Below are positions 54,087-64,000 of a stretch of 64,000 nt of DNA, piece by piece (the stretch's first letter is position 1; each line of letters begins with the position of its first letter). Made by a program: the position numbers and the translations under genes. The notes under the pieces are model-generated. The model was not told the DNA's origin. It made no database searches and was given only the letters and a program-made list of their open reading frames with translations. Origin of the DNA: Octopus sinensis (lineage: Eukaryota); NCBI RefSeq assembly GCF_006345805.1, contig NC_043002.1, positions 27,714,001 to 27,778,000 of the forward strand. The letters run 5' to 3'.

Positions 54087-54135
<49 letters not shown>

Positions 54136-54941
54136 AGTTTATTCTCTATATTTTCGTTGTTTTGCATTTATTCATTTTTTTTTCATTCAGCCTCTTTGGG
54201 TTTTTTGTTCTTCATCGGTGGTTTAGATTTCCACATTTTTTCATTGTATATTTCACTATCCATATAATTATAGTTCTGCATGCAATTTAAATAAACGTAT
54301 TCACTATTGATATTCACTTTCTCTATATATTCATATTTATTGCAATTCACTTTCCCTTTACATTATTCCTCCTTCTTTCTGTTGCTGTTGTTCGTCATCC
54401 TGGCTTTATCTGTCACTGTAACTGGCAAATATCATGGCTCACGTTAATTGATGCCGCCATGTTCTACTAAATTATAGTTTTCAGGAGATCAACCTTTTTA
54501 TGGATATGACATGAACATATTCTTACCTGCCTTGATTAGAAGTGGTCCCCAAACATGCTAGCTCAAGATGATGACCATCAAACCCAATTATCGCTTATGA
54601 AATCCCATTCACTTTCCTTCATTCATATGTTATCTGTCAAACCACCATAAACCCTTACATTTATATATATATATATATATACTCACAATGTATAAACGAA
54701 TTAAAGCATACCCTAGTATAACGCAAGAACATGAAAACCGCGACAGATGCGAGAAAACAAATTCACAGGAAATACATTTCCTATCTGTTGTTTACACTGT
54801 AGATAGTTACCAAATGATCAAAGACCGCACAATCTATCCCAAATTCCCATTCTTTCAGTACCTTTATACTCTCTCTCACACACACACGTCTGCGTGTATG
54901 TATGTGTGTATGCATATCTATATATATATGTATGTATATAT

Positions 54942-55008
<67 letters not shown>

Positions 55009-55316
55009 TATATATATATTATATATATATATATATATAATATATATATATAATATATATAGTAATAATAATATTGCATGGATGGAATTTATAAATATCT
55101 TAACGCATCGCTACGCTTGTTTCCACTAATGACTTCTTTCTTACCTGAAGGTTATACATATACATCCACAGACATGGAGGAAGTAAATAGACACCTTTAA
55201 TTTTCAAAATGTTTGATCTAAGCGTCTTAATATGTTTTCAGCGCTGTAGAATTTACAATGTAATTATTCTTTTTCATTCCACGTGCCATTATATTAAACA
55301 TTTGCGAAGAGTAGCC

Positions 55317-55700
55317 ATGCCACGCACAAAAACTTCAGCATAACTGTCAGATTTTCAAAGAGGTTGTACTGTTAGGCAATCTGATGCTGGTCTTAGCCAG
55401 TGAAAAATTGCCGAAAATCTTCAAATTACTCTTGCTACTGTTAATAGAATTATAGTGCAATTCAAAAGCCAAGGAAAAGAATCAACAGATTCTCGTCTCA
55501 CCGACCTGCGCCCTCGGAAAGGAAGCTTCGCTGTTTGAAGAGAATTGTGGAAAACGAACCCCGTTCGAAGCCTTCTGACATTGTAAAACAGTTAAAAGTT
55601 TATCCAAGAACGTGTGTTACATATCTGCATAAGTTTGGGTATTATGGACGAGCAGCTAGAAGAAAACCTGTCCTTCAACCAATTAATATAAAATAAAAGA
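55317..55700 (+). pseudogene. Tc1-like transposase N-terminal fragment
   Basis: MPRTK..LSDFQRG..GLSQ*KIAENLQI..TVNRII..LHKFGYYGRAARRKPVL. Confidence 0.8.
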
Positions 55701-57208
55701 TTTTGAAACGTAATGGTGTCTATTTACTTCTTGCATGTCTGTGTATTAGTACGAAAAAAAGGAAGCGGTCAGTGAAGTACTGCTTATTACATATATTTTT
55801 AACACTTTCGTTCTACATAGAATTTTTCAAAAATTGTGGATTGGGATTTCGCTTTATATATGTGTGTATGTGTGCACGTATGTACGCGAGAAAGTACGTG
55901 CGTATGTGTGCGCGTGCGGGTCTTTGGGTAAAATGATGCCAGCAGTTTGTTGACAAAAACATCAGGAGTTCAAGTATTTTAAATAAATTTCTCTATTGTA
56001 TCTGGGGTTTAAACAAAGAATATAACGATTTTTTGGACAGTTATGACATTTGTCCACCTGCCTGATCTTTTAAATTTATACGCATTTTTGTATTTGTACA
56101 AGTGTGTGCGTTTGTGTATAAGTGTGTGTGTATGTGTGTGTGCGTATGCATGTGTGTACGTCTCTGTGTGCACATGTGTGAGTGTGTGTGGTAAATGATA
56201 AAACAAAGAACAAATGGGCGTTGAGAAAGTTCTTTTTAAAGCAGTTTCTATTGTTTTGGCGACGTCTTTATCCAGAGAAACCAGCTGTTTGATTTCAATG
56301 AATGTAATGTGTATAAAGTAATGTCAATTATTTGGTGAACAATGAAAAGAAGAACAAATGATTTCTCGCGCGGTAGTTTAGATGACAAGTTTGTATTAAT
56401 TTCCATAAATTGTTGATTTTTAATTAGGAGAAGTCATTAAACGGTTGACAGGTTTTTTGTTCTTATATGTGCGTCCGTTTGAGTGTATGGTGATTGCTTA
56501 AAAACTTTCTTTGTGCATACATTCTTCTATGGTTGTGAACTCGCCTCCAAACCATTTGGTCGCAAGTTCGATCTCATTGCATATCTCCTGACCACCTATA
56601 GTTTTATGAAAGGATTTAGTATACGAAAACTAAAAGGAGATTGTATGTATGTATACATGAATATATATATATATATATATATAGATATATATATATATAT
56701 ATATATATATAACTGCGGAAATTACTCCGCAGTAAATAATCTACAGTGCGCCAAAGTGAAGGCATTTGAAAGATACTCATAAATATAATTTGTGGATCGC
56801 TATGCAATGCTGGATTTCGGTCGAGCGCCCTGTATCTAGTTCTAGAAATTGTGTTTCATAAACGACAGGCTATGCTGATGATCTTGCAGATGTTTATGTA
56901 TTCATATACGTAAATTATTAACAAGTGAAACAAATTAGTACATAGGTAATCGTTTTTTATTTCGTATATTTTCATTTGTCTTGCTTATTTTTACGCGTTG
57001 GTTCTTTGCTGATTTTTTTCTTGAGAACACATTCTCCGTGGAAAATGGCGATTTTGACGTCTTTTTCTAGTGTACAAGCTGTCCACCTTTAGTGGTCAAT
57101 CCTCAAAATTTTGTATGTAAAAAAATTTTTAATCTTCGGTTTTTTAAATATACTAGACCACTGGTTTAATTGATTAATATCAATTTCTACCCTTATTTAA
57201 TTATATAT

Positions 57209-57274
<66 letters not shown>

Positions 57275-57487
57275 GATTTGCGTTTCTGTGTCTGTCCCCC
57301 ATCACCATCGCTAGACAACCGATGTTGGTGCGCTTACGTCCCCGCTACTTGGCGGCTGGGCACAAAAGACCTATAGAATAAGTACTAGGTTTACAAAGAA
57401 TAAGTCCTGGGATCGATTTGTTCGACTAAAGGCGGTGCTCCAGCTTGGCTGTAGTCAAATAACTGAAACAAGTAAAAGCGTAAAAGA
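57275..57487 (+). mobile_element. OK-like SINE 3' half
   Basis: Matches 14525-14740. Confidence 0.85.
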
Positions 57488-57599
57488 ATATATTTATATA
57501 TATATATATATATATATATAGATATATTATATGTGTGTGTATATACATACATATATCATCTACCTGAAGATCTCCTATACAGCCCCAAAACAGCTGGGC

Positions 57600-57912
57600 G
57601 CTCTTATCTTAGAAGACTTCGATGGAAAGCACACAGTATGCTAAAAAAATACCATTTATGGGTATGCTGCTTGGAAGCTTGAGGAAGACAGTAGAATTGA
57701 TACGACACAAGACTATGACATCACATCACACTTTGAAAGCTATACGTTTGCAATCCAGAAAAAGATTGCCACAAAGTACCTGGTGAACAAGAGAGACAGT
57801 GATGCCCAAGTTGCAACCGCACGTGTAGGCTATGTCATGTTTTTGTGATTAGCAGTTGTCCTAAAATGTCGTTACGATACTACTTCCCAATGCGGCATGA
57901 TGTTGTCGCTAA
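57600..57912 (+). pseudogene. R4-clade LINE fragment
   Basis: ITSHFESYTFAIQ..IATKYLVNKR..ISSCPKMS.RYY.PMRHDVVAK. Confidence 0.65.
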
Positions 57913-57970
57913 AATAAAAAATATATATATATACGTATAGATGTAAGTATGTATATGTACGTATATATGC

Positions 57971-58018
<48 letters not shown>

Positions 58019-58289
58019 AAAAAAATTGAATATACTAAAATAAATATTATTCAAAAACTTCAATAAATTAAATATCTTATAGATTTTTTGAATAATATTT
58101 ATTATAGTATATTTTTTTTTCTTTATGATATAGATAATGACTTTCTCTATTGAATTGCTTAATAGAGATAATTTCTTTTAATTATATACATATATCATAT
58201 ATTGTGAAATTTGATTTAGAATTTCTAAATTGAATTATTCCCTGTAAGTTTGGAATTATATCCCCTACTATTATTAATAATGATATTAC

Positions 58290-58358
<69 letters not shown>

Positions 58359-58455
58359 CATAAGAGTGAGTGGTTAGACGAAAGAAAAGGTCACTCAAAG
58401 CACTCAATACATTTAGAAGTCACATGTATTAATCTTAATAGTGTGATTCGGCTGC

Positions 58456-58506
58456 AAGCGGCTTGTAGTTTCGTGGTTCTAACAGAAGCCCATCTCTGTC
58501 AGGCTT
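58456..58506 (-). ncRNA. Degenerate type I hammerhead
   Basis: aagc CTGACAGA gatgg..ccac GAAAC tacaa GCC gctt; one extra base in the core and GUC changed to GCC. Confidence 0.45.
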
Positions 58507-58685
58507 TAGGTTACTAATTCTGTAATCTAAAGCTTGAATGGCCAGCGAAACTTTTAGTCACATAGAGGCGAATTTAAACTGTTTTAAATAATGTGTGTGA
58601 GTGGCGTGTGTGTGTGTGTTTGTCTGTGTGGTGTGTGTATACATATACAATTTCTGTACTTTAAATGAGTATTTGAACTGAAGTT

Positions 58686-58774
<89 letters not shown>

Positions 58775-59076
58775 GTGTGTGTATTTGTATATTTATATAT
58801 TTATAATTTATGTACCTGTGAATACTAACACATATATGCGTGTGCATGTGTGCGCTTTAAATACATACACGAGTACATACAGACTTGGTTACGCTGTCCC
58901 GTAAAACCCCACCCCAAACTCTATCTTTGGTAAAGACTTATCCTTTACTACTATCCAAATTCGTGGGTGAGCGCGTAGGCATACATGTGTCTGTGAGCTC
59001 ATATACGGACATATGTTTATATGCGTTTACGCGTGTGTGCATGTATGTGTGTGTGTCTTCATATGTGTGTGTATAT

Positions 59077-59127
<51 letters not shown>

Positions 59128-59274
59128 TGTATATGTAATGATAATAAATATTTTGAACAATCAAGTAAAGTCGATTAGTGTGTTTAATAGTATATGTATA
59201 GCATATGTGTGTGTGTGTTTATGCGTATGTATATGTGTACGCATGCGTATATACATGTAACAAAAAGGAAATCA

Positions 59275-59605
59275 AACCCAGGACTTATTCTTTGTAAGCC
59301 TGGTGCTTATTCTATCGGTCTCTTTTGTGAACCGCTAAGTTACGGGGACGTAAACACACCACCATCGGTTGTCAAGCGATGTTGGGGGAACAAACACAGA
59401 CATACAAACATATACACACACATACATATATATATATATACATATATACGACGGGCTTCTTTCAGTTTCCGTCTACCAGATCCACTCGCAAGGCTCTGGT
59501 CGGCCTGAGGCCATAATGGAAGACACTTGCCCAAGGTGTCACGCAGTGGGACTGAACCCGGAACCATATGGTTGGTAAGTAAGCTACTTACCACACAGCC
59601 ACTCA
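59275..59605 (-). mobile_element. OK-like SINE lacking its extreme 3' end
   Basis: Head at 59448-59605, short internal microsatellite, 3' half at 59275-59400. Confidence 0.85.
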
Positions 59606-59611
59606 TACCCC

Positions 59612-59649
<38 letters not shown>

Positions 59650-59650
<1 letters not shown>

Positions 59651-60505
59651 AGACCTCATCTGTAGAAATGGGTAGGTTGCGTCTGGAGCCAAGACTTTAC
59701 CTCGGAAATAAGTTCACCATCATCTGAAAAATGCTTCCCCTTCAAAATAGACTTCATGGTTGGAAATAGGTGGAAGTCAGATGGTGTGAGGTCGGGAAAG
59801 TAAGGGAGATGAGGAAGGATTTCATAGCCGCAGGATTGTGCTTTAATCTCGACAACATGCGCATAGTGAACTGGGGGCATTGTCTTGGAGGAGGCGGGCT
59901 TTTTTGGTCAGCATGCCACGCCTTTCTGCCTTGATGGCGTCGCGTAATTTTTGCGCTTTGCCCGAAAATCCATCATCACTTCTCCGACTATGAGTATCAC
60001 CTTGCCTGCTGAGGGTTGGACCCGAGCCTTCTCTGTAGGTAGTGAGTTATCGTGCTTCCGTTGCTTCGACTGGACTTTAGTCACACGATCATAGTGATGG
60101 ACCATGTTTCATCTTGTGTGATAAGTCCTCCTCATTTTCTTGGCACATGGCAAAAGAGCCTGGGAGCAATCAACTCGTTTCTTCTTCTAAAAAGGCGTAA
60201 GCATCCAGGGATTCCATCTTGCAGACAACTTTCGCTTGTGCAAATGGTCGTCAACGTTTTTTTTTTTTTTCTACAGACTCTACACATATCCTCATTTCTT
60301 GGGCTAGTTGCCGAAGTTATGCGGCGATCCTCCAAAATGGTGGCTTCCACTTTATGGATGGTGTCGTCATCAATGGCGGAATGTGGTCGTTCAGGAATAG
60401 GAGCGGTTTCCACCGATGTCCGACCACATTTGAACTGACGATGCCAGTGCTTAACGACATTGTATGACGGTGCATCGTCACCATAAACGTCTTTCATCTC
60501 CAGTT
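59650..60505 (-). pseudogene. Mariner (DD34D) transposase relic
   Basis: VYGDDAPSYNVVKHWHRQFKCG, TQDETW/HHYD, SAGKVIL, QDN, HLPYFPDLTPSDFHLFP. Confidence 0.9.
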
Positions 60506-60726
60506 GGTCAGAAAAAATCTTTAATGAACACCCTTCTTATGTGTGAATGTATATATATGTATGTGTATGTATATATGAATATCTATATATGTTATATGTA
60601 TATATGCATAAATATATATGTATGTGTGTCTATACATATGTGGATGTATATATGTATCTGTTTATATCTATATCTATTTTATTTTAATCTATACTCATTC
60701 TTTGCTATAGACTGCATGTCACGTAT

Positions 60727-60777
<51 letters not shown>

Positions 60778-60982
60778 CATACATACATACATACATACAT
60801 ACATACATACATACATACGTATATATATATACATATATGTGTGTGTGCATGTATGTATATTTATATGCATGTGGGTATGTATGTGTATGCGTGTATGTAT
60901 GTATGCATACGTGAGTGCATGTATATGTGTATCCATGCATATATGCAAGCAAACCCATACACCTAATTCATGTGAACATTCT

Positions 60983-61049
<67 letters not shown>

Positions 61050-61676
61050 CACATATATGTATGTATGTATGTATGTGCGAATTTTGTAGGATTTGTTTTA
61101 TTTAGTTTTGATATGTATATCTACGTATGCATGTGTGTGTATATGAGTATGTGCATGCTTATGCAAGGTAACACACAATATTCTTTTGTTTCTCTTTTTT
61201 CTGTCTTTGCTTCTTTCTTATTTATCTTTTAAAATATGCACGCAATATCATTATAATTCGTTCTAGAACATTCCATAGGGAAATATATTTATTTGTTTAT
61301 CAACACCTTTATAAACACGCGGACTTCAAACTAGGATTAGCTTAATAAGTGCCAACGCACGAAACTCTCGGCCCTTGAGTCAATCTGTTCCTTCTGCTAA
61401 ATACTAATATGTATATAGACATATATGTATATATATATATGTGTGTGTGTGAGCGTGTGTGTCTATATATATGTATGTATGTATGTATGTTCGTGTGTGT
61501 GTGAACACAACTATAATATTTGTACATTATGCAATTTTAATGTTTATGTACTGTAGAATATGTTGTATATCTATGTATGCGAGTATAATTTATATGCCCT
61601 ATATTATCTATATGTACAAATAGATAAACAGGCAGACAGACAGACAGAGAGATAGACAGAGAGAGAGATAGAGAGG

Positions 61677-61743
<67 letters not shown>

Positions 61744-61751
61744 TAGATAGG

Positions 61752-61831
<80 letters not shown>

Positions 61832-61832
61832 G

Positions 61833-61896
<64 letters not shown>

Positions 61897-62429
61897 GATA
61901 GATAGATAGACAGATTTAGATGTATATATCCAAGCCACGAGCATAATCAGATTGACCTTTTACAATCTTTTGTTTGGTGCACCATGGGGACATCAATTAA
62001 AATGAACCATGACAGTGTCAGATTGAATCAAGATGAGGAATGTCAATGGAATTGAATAAAGAATGCTTGTGAATAAAATTTAACATGTGAATATCGATAG
62101 AAATGAGGATGTAAATATGAAAAAAGAATGTAAAGAAAATACATAATAAATGAATTTAAACTGTATTCAGAAATGATGGGGTGAGTGAAATACACCATGA
62201 AAAAATGTAGAAATGCAAAACACGGAAAGAAATGTAACTAATAAAAGTGTGTGAAGAACTGTGTGGGGAAAAGGAGGTGAATAAATATGTAAATAAAAGA
62301 TATATGAATTTGACAAAAGTTCATAATATCCATAGCATAATGAAAACATCAACAACAATAATCAAATTTTTTTTTCTGATAAATGTCCATGATCTAAACT
62401 TTCAAGTGGAGTGGTAGTCGATTCCATTG

Positions 62430-63280
62430 ACTCGAATGCAGAACTGATTTCATCGTCTCCGTTATGATGAAAATCAAAGTCGACCTCAGAGAATTTTCGA
62501 CTCAGAGCGTAGACACAAACGGAAAGGCCGCTAAGCATTTCGCACGGTGTGCTAAAGATTTGGCCAGATCGCCGCCTTAATAATAATAATAATGGTTTCA
62601 CATTTTGGCACAACGCCAGCAAGTTCGGGGTAGGGGATAAGTCAATTATTACGACTCCAGTGCTTGTAATTACTTTATCGACCCCGAAAGAAAGAGCCTC
62701 GGCTGAACTTGAGCTTTGAACGTAAAAACGGACGAAATACTGCTAAACATTATGTCTGGCGTCCAAATGGTTCTTTTAGCTCACTGCCTTAATAATAATA
62801 TTGATGATGAAAATAACACTCCTTTATAATAGATACAATGCCTGAATTTCGGGAGGGGAGGGTCTAGTTGATCATATCGACCCCAGTGTTTCACTGGCAC
62901 TTAATTTATTAACCTGGAAAGGATGAAAGGAAAAGTTGACCTCGGTGAATCTGAACTCACACCGTAAGGACAAACGAAATGTTGCTAAGCGTTTTGCTTA
63001 TTGTGCTAAGCATTTTGCCTATTGCCAATTCTGCCAGCTCGCTGCCTTATAATCAAAATAATATTCCTTTCTACTATAGACACAAGGCCTGAAATTTTAG
63101 GAGAGGAGGCAGGTGAATACATCGACCGCAGTACATAACTAGTAATTATTTCATCGATCACAAAATAATGACAGGCAAAGTCGATCTCGGTGGAAGTTGA
63201 AATCAGAACGTAAGGGCGGACAAAATGCCACTAAGCATTTTGCCCGTCGTACTTTCGATTCAGCCAGCTCGCCGCCTTGG
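62430..63280 (-). mobile_element. Head-to-tail cluster of four Nin-domain SINEs separated by (AAT)n
   Basis: Heads end gccgcctt/ctgcctt at ~62578, ~62790, ~63048 and ~63278; a further copy at 63650-63793 and a tail at 63970-64000. Confidence 0.8.
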
Positions 63281-63289
63281 CTACCTTGC

Positions 63290-63650
63290 CGTGTCAGCAG
63301 ACAAGGAAATCCATAACTTTCACTGGATAGTATGCCCGAAGTATTATTACGAGGTAACGTGTACTTGGTACCAGTATACACCGAAAAAGGTAATAGACGA
63401 AAAGGGGAAGGTAAAAATTTCAGACAGACGAGGTGTTAGAGCACCGAAGACTGGATATTGTAACCTTAGGAGTGACAATCAAAAGTACCTAATAATCGTC
63501 GTGGCAGTGCCAGGAGATCAACATATACAAGAAAGAAAAAAGATTGATGAATATGGAGACCTGATAATGGATATCGGTAAGATATGGCAGCTACGAGAAT
63601 CAAACATAAGGGTTGTGCAAATTGTCGTCGGAATATTGGGTTCAATACTA
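63290..63650 (+). pseudogene. R4-clade LINE endonuclease fragment
   Basis: HWIVCPKY..WYQYTPKKV..LIIVVAVPGD..KIDEYGDL..IWQ..IVVGILGSI. Confidence 0.75.
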
Positions 63651-63794
63651 CTCAACTGGTACTTAATCTATTGTCCCCGAAAGGATGAAAGGCAAAGTCA
63701 ACATCGGAAGAATTTGAACCCAGAACGTAGCGACGGGCGAAATACCTCTTAGCACTTCATCCGGCATGCTACCGATTCTGCGAGCTCACCGCCC

Positions 63795-63879
<85 letters not shown>

Positions 63880-63968
63880 AATAATAATAATAACAACAAC
63901 AACAACAACAACAATAATAATAATAAAACAACAACAACAACAACAACTTTCTACCATAATAATAATAA
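63795..63968. repeat. (AAT)n/(AAC)n microsatellite, one of dozens of TA, CA, GA, CATA, GATA, ATT and AGT tracts in the window
   Basis: Read directly from the sequence. Confidence 0.97.
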
Positions 63969-64000
63969 TCTTTTCTACTATAGGCAGAGGGCCTGAAATT

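Overview
AT-rich, microsatellite-saturated animal DNA. The SINE families resemble cephalopod (Octopus) tRNA-derived SINEs, so this is most likely intergenic or intronic octopus sequence (inference from recall, not a database search). I see no host protein-coding exon, rRNA, true tRNA gene or CRISPR array; most listed ORFs are translated microsatellites. The window is a nest of mobile elements: Tx1/L1-clade, R4/Dong-like, RTE, CR1-group and Penelope-like (PLE) retroelements, Tc1/mariner and hAT-like relics, MITEs, non-autonomous Helitrons and several SINE families. Most notable: (1) a young Tx1-like LINE found three times, always inside (GATA)n in the same orientation, whose ~45-nt 3' tail is shared with an ORF1-only zinc-knuckle element and a Nin-domain SINE that stacks at a fixed site in its own head; (2) hammerhead ribozyme motifs, one with a fully canonical core (42022-42114) and one in a PLE 3' region (2223-2321), plus a small element joining a tRNA-like head, a minimal hammerhead and a PLE-type inverted terminal copy; (3) a cluster of long palindromes at 21.2-22.9 kb. 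Boundaries were read by eye and are approximate.
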